From contig CAXXTB010000001.1 in the NCBI GenBank assembly GCA_963676795.2, positions 320,001 through 384,000 of the forward strand: a stretch of 64,000 nucleotides of DNA, written 5' to 3'. A program made the position numbers and the translations under genes. This DNA comes from Geopsychrobacteraceae bacterium. Lineage in GTDB: Bacteria > Desulfobacterota > Desulfuromonadia > Desulfuromonadales > Geopsychrobacteraceae. The notes under the pieces were generated by a model. The model was not told the origin of the DNA and did not search any database. It worked only from the letters and a program-made list of their open reading frames with translations. Of the stretch, positions 9,886 through 18,641 are shown piece after piece (the first letter of the stretch is position 1; each line of letters begins with the position of its first letter).

Positions 9886-10072
9886 TTCAACTGGTTATCT
9901 CAGCTCGTTCTTGCAAGCGACAAACTAACTGTTTTTATTGATTTTTGATTCCATGAATTGAATTCCCTGCATGAATTAATCCTGAGACGATCTCACAGAT
10001 TAAATCAAAACAACCCCTTTGCGCTGCGCTGTGGCGGTGCGCACTAACCTGGCTTTCCGTAGGAGGAAACTG

Positions 10073-11014
10073 ATGAAGATGTTCGTTTCAAAAATGATTT
10101 TGGCCCTGATCGCAACCGCTCTGGTTGCCAGCAGCGCTTCCGCTGCTACCGTCTACGAAAAAGACGGTTTCAAGTACCAGATTAAAGGCGACTGGCAGAT
10201 CCAACTGCGTCAGGACGCTGGTGATGATCAGCACCTCGACGTTGAGTACGATGACCTCGAGATCAAGAACACCATTTCTTACGACCTGGGCAACAACCTG
10301 AGCGCTTTCGGCCAACTCGATTTCGGTGGTAAAAAGGCTGCTGACGAAGATGCCAAGTACATGCACCTTGAAGAAGCTTACGTCGGTCTGGCTTACCAGG
10401 ACTACAGCATCCTGATGGGTAAAACCACCAGCGCCGCTGATGAGTTCGGCGTTTACTCCGGCATGGAAGACTACGGCACTGATGAAGAAGCTTTCGAAGG
10501 TCACGGCGAAGAAAGTGGCGACGACCTGATCAAGGCCGAAGCCAGCATCGAAATGGTCAGCATCATCGCTGCTTACGAAGTTGAAGCTGAAAACGAAGTT
10601 AGCGAAGACACCTCTTTCTACGACATCTTCGTTTCCGCTGAGTTCGCCGGTTTCGAGCTGGGCGCAGCCTTCCAAAACATCGATGACGCAGACACCATCA
10701 TTTACGGTGTCAGCATTGCTTACGACGCCAAGATAGTCTGGGTTGGCGCTGACTACAGCATCGCTGATGTCGATGGCGATGAGTATACTGTCTGGAACAT
10801 CGCTGCGAGCGTTCCTGTTACTGAAAAAACCACTATCACTGCTGGTTTCAACATGAACGACAGCGACGTAGACGGTTACGAAGAAGTTTCTGAATACTAC
10901 GCTAACGTTCAGCACAAGCTCCACAAGAACGTCAAGGTCTTTGCTGAAGTCGGTAACAGCGACGAAGACGACTCTGACATGGGATATATGGCCGGTATGC
11001 AAATCAAATTCTAA
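10073..11014 (+). CDS. Outer-membrane porin (Gram-negative general porin type), very acidic
   Basis: Signal peptide ending ASA, ATVYEKDG N-terminus, alternating beta-strands, C-terminal Phe; AGGAGG RBS; strongly biased codon usage. Confidence 0.88.
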   Translation: MKMFVSKMILALIATALVASSASAATVYEKDGFKYQIKGDWQIQLRQDAGDDQHLDVEYDDLEIKNTISYDLGNNLSAFGQLDFGGKKAADEDAKYMHLEEAYVGLAYQDYSILMGKTTSAADEFGVYSGMEDYGTDEEAFEGHGEESGDDLIKAEASIEMVSIIAAYEVEAENEVSEDTSFYDIFVSAEFAGFELGAAFQNIDDADTIIYGVSIAYDAKIVWVGADYSIADVDGDEYTVWNIAASVPVTEKTTITAGFNMNDSDVDGYEEVSEYYANVQHKLHKNVKVFAEVGNSDEDDSDMGYMAGMQIKF

Positions 11015-11051
11015 GCATCAATCCTGTTCCATTGAAATGTAAATGCGCTGG

Positions 11052-11088
11052 AGGGCGGTCACTAGCTGACCGCCCTTTCTCTGTTTTT
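11052..11088 (+). terminator. Intrinsic terminator after the porin
   Basis: agggcggtca-ctagc-tgaccgccct followed by a T-rich tract. Confidence 0.7.
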
Positions 11089-11106
11089 CTCCCACTTGGA
11101 GCCGTT

Positions 11107-11703
11107 ATGAAAAAACCGTTTTTAATGTTTCTTGCCTGGCTGCTGCTCTCTCCTATAAGCAGCCAGGCCGATGTCCAGCTGTCCCTGCCCGCCAATGTCC
11201 GGGTTGTCGCCAGCAACGGCCAGAACAACAACGGCCAGAACAGCTTGACCCTGCCGGACGGAAAAAACCAGATCGCCTTGCGCTTTGAGGGGGAACTTGG
11301 GCGGGGCAAAGATGCCGAATATGTCTATTCCGAGGCAATCGTCGCCACCTTTGAGGCACGCAATGCCGACCTGCGCCTGAATATCCCTGAGATCAGAAGC
11401 AGTAATACCCTGAACAGCTTCAATAAGAATCCACAGATCGAGCTGACTGATGCGACAGGCAGGAGCGTCTCTTGCCAGACTGCTGTACTCAAAAAGGAGG
11501 GCTTCCAGATCCAGCGCGATTATGCTCAGGAGTTGGCCGAGTTCAACACCAGTGGGGCACCGGCTGCAATCCCGGCAGTGTCGATCCCGGCTCAACCAGC
11601 AGCCTCAGATCCGGCTATCGCCGGGCAGATGCTGCAATACTGGTATCAGCAGGCAGACGCCACCACCCGCACCGAGTTCAAGCGCTGGCTGGAAAAGCAC
11701 TAG
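11107..11703 (+). CDS. DUF2057/YccT-family periplasmic protein
   Basis: Signal peptide; LTLPDGKNQIALRF and C-terminal MLQYWYQQADATTRTEFKRW typical of the family. Confidence 0.72.
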   Translation: MKKPFLMFLAWLLLSPISSQADVQLSLPANVRVVASNGQNNNGQNSLTLPDGKNQIALRFEGELGRGKDAEYVYSEAIVATFEARNADLRLNIPEIRSSNTLNSFNKNPQIELTDATGRSVSCQTAVLKKEGFQIQRDYAQELAEFNTSGAPAAIPAVSIPAQPAASDPAIAGQMLQYWYQQADATTRTEFKRWLEKH

Positions 11704-11827
11704 CAGCGCTCCGGCGAGGCATGGCAATCTGAAACGGTTGCCATGTCAGCCATTGTTTGACCGGCATGACTGTCGGGGAGCTCAGGGGGAACAGCTGAGG
11801 GGTACTTCTCTCAAGGCCCGGAAATAC

Positions 11828-13093
11828 TCAGTTGAAAACCGCCGGAGACAGAAACGGTCGGTCCCACTGCCGGAGCTTATCTGAACTGGCCGGCATCCGT
11901 CCGTTGAAGTAGTGACAGGAACGATAGTAGAGCAGATCTTCCTTCCACAGACGGAAGAACTCGGGATCAGCCTGCCAGCGCCTGATCAACTTGAACGGTC
12001 GCCGCAGATCGACCAGTGGACTGAACAATTCTGAAGGATCACGAAAACATTCCCAGTCACATAGCCGGCAGTCATTTTTGTTGCTGCTGCTCATATCCAG
12101 CTCCGCCAGAGACCCGAGATCCTCCTGGCCCCGATAACCACAGGGGAAACAGTGACCGGTCTGGCTGTCGACAAAGAAGAAATCCTTACCGCCATGACAG
12201 GGGCTGCTCAATTCCGGTTGTTGGGAATACTGTCTGATCATGGCGTGCAGACTGCAGCGCGGAGTGAAGATGCGGATTTTGTCGCGATGCCCGGGGATTA
12301 CATCCTTCAGGGCGCTGAAAAGAGCCAGTTTTTCGGCAACACTGAAGGAAACAACCCGGTCAGATGCAGCAGCCGCGTACACGGCCGAACCATCGGCACC
12401 ATCATCGCTGTGCATCGGGTAACAGACGTTGACGATGGAAAAACCGAGATCTGTGACAAAATGATAGAAACGATCGAAAGCGGCTGTGAAAAAATCATAG
12501 TCAAAGTTGTCACGATCATTGTCATGACCCGCCAGGTTTCTGTTGATCCCCAGGTTCGCCGACAGGTAGATCCCCCGTTCGGCAAAGATCGGCAGGGCCT
12601 TTTCAATCCCCTTGATGACGCCCGGCAACTGGCGCATCTGCTCATGGGTTTGAACATCGGCAGAGTCGACGCTGACCCAGATGTTGCGCAACGGCGTCGC
12701 CGCCAGCTTGTCGGCCAGAGCCTTCATGCGCGAAGTAAAATCACTGCGCTCACTGTGGCGGAAGAGAAAACCGTTGGTTCCGGTTCTGATGTAGCGAATT
12801 CCGTTGTTACCGGCATGGCGGGCCAGTTTGCAGATGTCATCGATAAACAGAAAAGGTTCACCGCCGGTAAAGGAGAGAGCGGAAACCTTTCTCTCCACTG
12901 CAGCGTCGATGATCTGCCTGACCTGATCGTAACTCAACCTTGAGCGTTGAAACTGATTGGTCACCCGCATACCGCATTGGGGACAGCCGGCATTACAGTA
13001 ATCCGTATACTGAATGATCAACTGGCCGGGAATCCGGCCCTTAGCTATCAACCGCGCAAACTGCCCCAGGTCGCTGAGGTTCAGCATGGTCAA
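11828..13093 (-). CDS. Radical SAM protein with C-terminal SPASM/twitch-like Cys cluster
   Basis: CNAGCPQC (CxxxCxxC), SFTGGEP, CHGG...GHCFPC...CRLCDWEC; start TTG 13093 or ATG 13087 abuts the upstream stop. Confidence 0.9.
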   Translation of the reverse strand: MTMLNLSDLGQFARLIAKGRIPGQLIIQYTDYCNAGCPQCGMRVTNQFQRSRLSYDQVRQIIDAAVERKVSALSFTGGEPFLFIDDICKLARHAGNNGIRYIRTGTNGFLFRHSERSDFTSRMKALADKLAATPLRNIWVSVDSADVQTHEQMRQLPGVIKGIEKALPIFAERGIYLSANLGINRNLAGHDNDRDNFDYDFFTAAFDRFYHFVTDLGFSIVNVCYPMHSDDGADGSAVYAAAASDRVVSFSVAEKLALFSALKDVIPGHRDKIRIFTPRCSLHAMIRQYSQQPELSSPCHGGKDFFFVDSQTGHCFPCGYRGQEDLGSLAELDMSSSNKNDCRLCDWECFRDPSELFSPLVDLRRPFKLIRRWQADPEFFRLWKEDLLYYRSCHYFNGRMPASSDKLRQWDRPFLSPAVFN

Positions 13094-15525
13094 TTCACCA
13101 TCATGTTCGAAGCAAGCTTGAGCAGCTTTTTGATCGAGGCTTGCTGACGCTGGCGAGGAGAGGGTTTCAGCGATGCCGAATCCTGACGGGTCATGTCGTC
13201 AAGAATGCTGTCCCAGCTGAACCGGTTGACCACCCGTTTACGTGCCGCTTCGCCTAATTGCCGGCACAGAACACCACCATCCGCAAGATCATGGAGCATC
13301 TCGTCGAGCTTGACGACCCAGGGTTGGATCCTGTCAACCGCCAACGAGTAACCAGTTGCACCATCGACGATAATCTCTTTCGGGCCGCCAACATCAGAAA
13401 CAAGAGCAGGAATGGCACAGGCCTGGGCTTCAAGAACAACCATACCGAAGGTTTCGGTGATACTCGGAAAGACGAACAGGTCATGCTCGTTGTAGACCTT
13501 CGGCAGATGATCGTATTCTACGCGGCCCAGGAACTGGACATCGGGCAGATCACGACAGCTGAGCTGCAGTTCTTCCAGATAGGGACCGCTGCCGGCAATG
13601 GTCAGAGTCGTCCCCGGATGCAGAGTGCGAACCTTGCGGAACACCCTGATCAAAAAATCGATATTCTTGTCTTTCGAGACCCGGCCTGCGTAAAGCAGTC
13701 TGGCGGAGCTGTTCACGGCACGAAGCGACTTGTGGTCCGGTTTGAAGTGTTCAGTCCGTAAACCGCGCCTGAACAGCTGCATGTGGCGATAGCGATAACC
13801 GCGGCTTTTGAGTAACTGGACGTATTCTGAGGTTGGCACCAGCAGGGTATCCAGTTGGTTGTGGAACCAGATGTTGTATTGTTCGATCAGGTTCGAAACA
13901 GCCGGTTCAGCGATAATCGCTTCTGCTTCCGAAGTGAAATCGGTGTGGTAGATCCCCTTGACCGGTACTCCCAGCATCCGGCCAACCATCAGCCCCATCA
14001 GCCCGACAGGGCCCGGTGTCGAAATATAGATTTCATCGGGATCCTCTTCATAGACCTGCTTGAGCATCCTCAGCACCGAAGGCACATTGATCTTCAGATC
14101 TTCGTAATGTGGCAACGGGAAGGTATACAGTGGCTGAATATTGCGGGTTGTCGTCTGCGGCAGTTTTGCCGTGGCGTCACCATCGCTGAGGCTCGACAGA
14201 ACATGGATCGAATAATGCTTTTCCTCGGCCAGGCGGGCGATCGTCTGCAGAGTCATCGACACGCCATTGAGGTCGGTCAGGGTATCGGTGAGCCAGAGAA
14301 TCTTTTTCTGACCGCTGCCAACCTCTTTACCCCACGCCAGATTCAGCGCATTGATCAGCTGCCGATCGGCGAACATGTGCTTGAACGCCGAGAAAAAAGG
14401 AATCGACAAAAAGACACCCGGAATACTGGACGAGACCCCCTGAACAAACTGCAGGATATCCAGATCGTTGGCTTCGAGATTGATCGACTCCAACAGTGAG
14501 CGAAAGTACTGATCGGAGACATCGGCGATACAGTCGTAGAGCAGATTTAGGCGGCTGTCGATATCGTCCTGATCCAGCTGCTTACTGGCTTCGATCAGTC
14601 TGACGATGCTCTGGTAGATAAGGTTGTTCTTGTCCGACTTCATCTTGTTGATGCGTAAGCGGTCTTTGAAGCTCAGACGTTTGTCATTGAACAGATACTG
14701 GGTCAGATCGCTGATCGTCGAACGAGCAAAGGAGTTGCTTTTGTGCTGTGAAAAATCGAGAGCGATCTTGTATATGGCAAAAGTAAGCCCCTGAAAATCG
14801 TTCTGCCGTCCCTGCGGAGCCGTCTTCTGATCCTTGAGCTGCTGCAGAAATTCTTCCGGGGTCTTCGCCTCGGCAAAGGTACTGGTTTTGGCGATGAATA
14901 ATCCGGCATGGTCATCGGAGCCTCCGGTCAACCCTTTGACCCACGGATTGACTCCCCAGGGTTCGATCCCATGCTTGATGACCAGCCTTTCGATATCATG
15001 CTCAGTCAGCCCGAGTAGAACCTTGGACAGCACATCATTGTGCAGAATACTGCGACTGCCGTTACGCCCTTCGAAGTTATTGAAGAGCAGAATCAGCTTT
15101 TCAAGATGATCCAGAGTCAGGCGGCCATTGACGGAATAGGTTGCATGGGCGACGACACAGGCCAGATCTTGCTCACGCAGATAATCACGCAGCAGATAAA
15201 TATTCAATCTCAGCTTCTGGATACGGGCAAATTGATCGCGATTCAAACCATAGATCAGAATGTGAACCTTGCATCCATCTTCGGGAAAATACGCAGTTGA
15301 CTCAACACCGGTAAAACAATGCTTTGGATAACGAGAGGTCAGATCGAAAGAGGCGTCGATGCGATTATGATCGGTGACGGTGACGAAATCCATTCCACGT
15401 TTTCGGGCCGTCTTGTAAAGAAAATCGGGATCCGTATAGGACTCAGAAGCGCCAAGACGTTGCAGAAACCATTCTGAAGGGTGATTTGAAAACTTAGAAT
15501 GAACATGTAGATCAACATTTGCCAT
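13090..15525 (-). CDS. PHP-domain / GT4 glycosyltransferase fusion protein
   Basis: N-terminal DLHVHS, VTDHN, GVE, VAH, EGRNG, GGSDDH (PHP); C-terminal TDTLTDLNGVSMTL, STPGPVG, YHTDF, YAGRVSKDKN, FPSITETFGMVVLEA (GT4); start moved to ATG 15525. Confidence 0.88.
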   Translation of the reverse strand: MANVDLHVHSKFSNHPSEWFLQRLGASESYTDPDFLYKTARKRGMDFVTVTDHNRIDASFDLTSRYPKHCFTGVESTAYFPEDGCKVHILIYGLNRDQFARIQKLRLNIYLLRDYLREQDLACVVAHATYSVNGRLTLDHLEKLILLFNNFEGRNGSRSILHNDVLSKVLLGLTEHDIERLVIKHGIEPWGVNPWVKGLTGGSDDHAGLFIAKTSTFAEAKTPEEFLQQLKDQKTAPQGRQNDFQGLTFAIYKIALDFSQHKSNSFARSTISDLTQYLFNDKRLSFKDRLRINKMKSDKNNLIYQSIVRLIEASKQLDQDDIDSRLNLLYDCIADVSDQYFRSLLESINLEANDLDILQFVQGVSSSIPGVFLSIPFFSAFKHMFADRQLINALNLAWGKEVGSGQKKILWLTDTLTDLNGVSMTLQTIARLAEEKHYSIHVLSSLSDGDATAKLPQTTTRNIQPLYTFPLPHYEDLKINVPSVLRMLKQVYEEDPDEIYISTPGPVGLMGLMVGRMLGVPVKGIYHTDFTSEAEAIIAEPAVSNLIEQYNIWFHNQLDTLLVPTSEYVQLLKSRGYRYRHMQLFRRGLRTEHFKPDHKSLRAVNSSARLLYAGRVSKDKNIDFLIRVFRKVRTLHPGTTLTIAGSGPYLEELQLSCRDLPDVQFLGRVEYDHLPKVYNEHDLFVFPSITETFGMVVLEAQACAIPALVSDVGGPKEIIVDGATGYSLAVDRIQPWVVKLDEMLHDLADGGVLCRQLGEAARKRVVNRFSWDSILDDMTRQDSASLKPSPRQRQQASIKKLLKLASNMMVN

Positions 15526-15566
15526 AATTTTCTCCGTTATCAGTTTTACGTGATTATCCGCAGAGA

Positions 15567-15594
15567 AATTAGCGGACGATGAGTACTGTGTAAG
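15567..15594 (-). promoter_or_regulatory. Putative Pho box for the PHP-GT4/radical SAM operon
   Basis: Minus strand CTTACA-N5-CTCATC-N5-CTAATT, then a GATAAT -10-like hexamer 8 nt downstream. Confidence 0.65.
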
Positions 15595-15721
15595 GTTCAT
15601 ATTGATTTGGCGATAGGGGAACGCCCATGTAGGAAAAATTGGGACGGCCCCCCACTGCCTTGCGCTCAAGGGCAATAAACAGGGGGGATGAACAAATCTG
15701 TGTACATCGAGCAGGCTGGAC

Positions 15722-16894
15722 CTAAACCTGAACTTCCTCGCCAACAGGCGCCCCATGGGTAACCAGAACCCGGTTGTTCTCCCTAGCTAGTGACAACAGC
15801 CAGGCCGCAATCAGAGCGGTCAGCGGTGCGACCATCACCAGACCGATACTGCCGACCAGGGTGCGGAAGATCTCGGCGGCGACCATCTTGAAATTGAGGA
15901 TACGCAACAGCGAAGTGTCCTTGGAGACAAATAGCATGAGCATGGTCAGATAGCCCCCGGAATAGGCGAGCAGCAGGGTGGTGGTCATGGTTCCGGTGAC
16001 CGCGCGGCCGACATTCAGACCCGACTTGAGCAGGTCTTTCGCCAAGATCTCCGGCTTGGCCTGCTTGACCTCGGCCATCGAAGCGGCAACATCCATGGCG
16101 ATATCCATCGCCGCACCGGAAGCACCGATGACCACCGCGGCATAGAAGATAGCGCGCATGTTCAGATTGTAGTGACCGGAAAGCAGCAGGGTCGGAGCAA
16201 AGGGGGCGGTCATGCCGTTGAGTTTGAGCAGCTCACCGAACAGAACGGTGAGAGCCAGAGTTGCGGCCAGGCCGGCCAGAGTGCCGAGGGTTGCCGCCAA
16301 CGCCTTGCGGGTAAAACCGCCGACGAGAAAGATGATCAGCACGGTCAGCAGCAGCAGGGTGACAATCGTCAAAAACAGCGGGTTCTGTCCAGCCAGCAGC
16401 GCCGGCAGCAGGAATTTCCAGATAATGACCACGCTGACGACAAAGCTGATCAGCGCTTTGAAACCGACCTGCCCGGCATAGACCAGCAAGAGCAGGACAA
16501 AAGCGCCGAACAGGACCAGCTCCCAGCCCTGGCGGTACTGACTGATCGCCTTGGCGTAACGGATTCCGTCGGAACCGGCTTGAACCGCCAACAGGGTCTG
16601 ATCTCCCGGGGCATAGACCTCATCCACCTCAAGGGAACCGATCAGCGGGTTGTCTGCTTCCAGCGTCGTCCCTTTCAGCTCCCCTTGGGTGATCAGCACA
16701 GTCAGCCCCTGGCTGCCCAGGTGCCCGACCCCCGACTTGATCAGTTCGTTGTTGTCGACAGCGGTGACCACACCGCGCAGTTCCCTGACATCGCCGACAG
16801 CCGGATCTTTTTCTGGCGCTGGAGAAACAAAAAATGCTCCCAGCACCAGAGCGGCCAGAAGAATCGCAATGATTTTTATTTTTTTAGCTTTCAT
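15722..16894 (-). CDS. YibE/F family multi-pass membrane protein
   Basis: N-terminal anchor and soluble domain, then many TM helices with IGASGAAMDIAMDVA and GTMTTTLLLAYSG motifs. Confidence 0.85.
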   Translation of the reverse strand: MKAKKIKIIAILLAALVLGAFFVSPAPEKDPAVGDVRELRGVVTAVDNNELIKSGVGHLGSQGLTVLITQGELKGTTLEADNPLIGSLEVDEVYAPGDQTLLAVQAGSDGIRYAKAISQYRQGWELVLFGAFVLLLLVYAGQVGFKALISFVVSVVIIWKFLLPALLAGQNPLFLTIVTLLLLTVLIIFLVGGFTRKALAATLGTLAGLAATLALTVLFGELLKLNGMTAPFAPTLLLSGHYNLNMRAIFYAAVVIGASGAAMDIAMDVAASMAEVKQAKPEILAKDLLKSGLNVGRAVTGTMTTTLLLAYSGGYLTMLMLFVSKDTSLLRILNFKMVAAEIFRTLVGSIGLVMVAPLTALIAAWLLSLARENNRVLVTHGAPVGEEVQV

Positions 16895-16902
16895 ACCGAT
16901 GC

Positions 16903-16937
16903 AAAAAGCGCCGGACTGGATTGATCCGATCCGGCGC
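16903..16937 (-). terminator. Intrinsic terminator between the alkaline phosphatase and YibE/F genes
   Basis: gcgccgga...tccggcgc stem with a 5-U tract on the minus strand. Confidence 0.65.
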
Positions 16938-16963
16938 CTTTCTCCCTGAAGTTGTTACCTGTT

Positions 16964-18388
16964 TTATTGAGCCATTGCGACCTTGGGTTCGCTCAGCTGA
17001 AAATCGAGCACTTCAGCCATGGTTCTGGCGATCTCGGTGTTGTCCTTGTAGCCCATGAACTTGAGGGCGTAGGTACCGACAGCACCCATCGGGATCTGGG
17101 TCGCGGTGTGGGCAAAAGTGGTCCACTCGACATTGGCACGCTCGCTGAGAATATGAGCAACCGCGATCTGAGTCGGGGAGTAGCCACCGTAGGTGTTGGC
17201 GTCATTGGCGCCGGCATCCTGCTGCTTGGCGGCATCGACCAGGATCGCTTTTTCTTTTTCAGTCATATCGGCCAGGCCGAAACGCTGGGCGACGGTCTTG
17301 AGGTAGGCATCGACATTACCGGTGTAAACCTTGGCCATAACATCTTCGATGGATGCCTTGGTGCTCTGAACAGCGTCCATCTTGAGGAAGTAGTTCTTGC
17401 CGAAACCGAGGCCCAGACCACCGGTCTCATGGTCACCGACCAGAACGATCAGAGTGTCCTCCGGATGCTTGTTGTAGAATTCAAGAGCAACCTTGATCGA
17501 ATCGTCAAGCGCCAGGGTATCGTAGATCGAACCGGCAACGTCGTTGGCATGGCAGGCATGGTCGATACGACCGGCTTCGACCATCATGAAGAATGGGCGG
17601 TTGTGGCTCATCAGAACGTCGATCCCCTTCTCAACCATCTGTGACAGGGCTGGAACCTTGCTGTCGCTGTTGAGACGGTCCAGTTCATAAGGCATGTGGG
17701 AGTAGGACAGAGCGGCAAAAACCTGAGCATTCTTGGCCGGCTTGTAGCTTGCAAAAGAGGCGGAAGCTTTTTCACCGACGAAGGTCTTGTAGCCGGCATG
17801 AGCCATTTCAGCGACGATATCACGGGAATCCTTACGCTTCGACTTGAACTCGCCATCCTTCTTGACGAAGTGACGGAATCCACCGCCGGCGATGAAGTCA
17901 ACACCACTGTCGGACATGTCAGCTGCAATCCCGTTTTCATCGTCACGGGAAATATTGTGAGAAGCAAAAACGGCCGGAGTCGCGTGGGTCAGGCGGGTGG
18001 TGGTGATGATACCGGTCGCCCAGCCTTTTTCCTCAGCGGCTTCGATCAGGCTCTTGACATTCTCGCCGTTTGGCAACTGACTGATAACGCCGTTGTTGGT
18101 CTTGTAACCGGTGGCCAGCGCGGTCCCGGCAGCAGCGGAGTCGGTGACCAGCGAATCACTGGAGTAGGTGGTGTTGATACCGGCAACCGGCATCTGGTTC
18201 ATGGCCAGCTTCAGCTTCGGGTTAGCGGTCTGCTGTTGAGCGTAAAACTCGGCGACCTGACGCTGGGAGGCACCCAGGCCATCACCAATGAAATAGAAGA
18301 CATACTGTGGAGTTGCCGCAAAGGCGGAACCGGCGGTCAGCAACAGGAAAGCGCTTATGGCCATAACTTTCTGAGTACGACGAAACAT
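16964..18388 (-). CDS. phoA: Alkaline phosphatase, PhoA family
   Basis: Signal peptide; FIGDGLG, VTDSAAAGTALATG (catalytic Ser), THATPA, MVEAGRIDHACH, GDHETGG; AAGGAG RBS before ATG 18388. Confidence 0.93.
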   Translation of the reverse strand: MFRRTQKVMAISAFLLLTAGSAFAATPQYVFYFIGDGLGASQRQVAEFYAQQQTANPKLKLAMNQMPVAGINTTYSSDSLVTDSAAAGTALATGYKTNNGVISQLPNGENVKSLIEAAEEKGWATGIITTTRLTHATPAVFASHNISRDDENGIAADMSDSGVDFIAGGGFRHFVKKDGEFKSKRKDSRDIVAEMAHAGYKTFVGEKASASFASYKPAKNAQVFAALSYSHMPYELDRLNSDSKVPALSQMVEKGIDVLMSHNRPFFMMVEAGRIDHACHANDVAGSIYDTLALDDSIKVALEFYNKHPEDTLIVLVGDHETGGLGLGFGKNYFLKMDAVQSTKASIEDVMAKVYTGNVDAYLKTVAQRFGLADMTEKEKAILVDAAKQQDAGANDANTYGGYSPTQIAVAHILSERANVEWTTFAHTATQIPMGAVGTYALKFMGYKDNTEIARTMAEVLDFQLSEPKVAMAQ

Positions 18389-18467
18389 CTCTTTCTCCTT
18401 GATAAGGTAAGATTGTAAACAGGCATTTACACAAGAACACGTGTACAATGAAAATTAACTCCTCTTT

Positions 18468-18484
18468 CGTTAGCAGCCGGTTAG
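18468..18484 (-). promoter_or_regulatory. Putative Pho box for phoA
   Basis: Minus strand CTAACC-N5-CTAACG. Confidence 0.6.
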
Positions 18485-18641
18485 GGGAGTATTATATTTT
18501 CTTTGGAAGCCAGAAAGAGCTGAGTGGCTTATCCGGCATCTGATCTTTTCTCTCGAGTCGCTTGACCTGTTGTCTTTTTGCTGGCCTTGGCTTGTCAAAG
18601 GGCGCTATCTTGGATTCCGTTTTTCCAGACGACGGAGTCCT

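Noticed and set aside
10088..11002. 304-aa antisense ORF over the porin
   Set aside because: Shadow of biased codon usage; the plus-strand gene has an RBS, signal peptide and terminal Phe
15526..15756. N-terminal extension of the 888-aa ORF
   Set aside because: Overlaps the YibE/F stop and the putative Pho-box promoter; the PHP domain begins at ATG 15525
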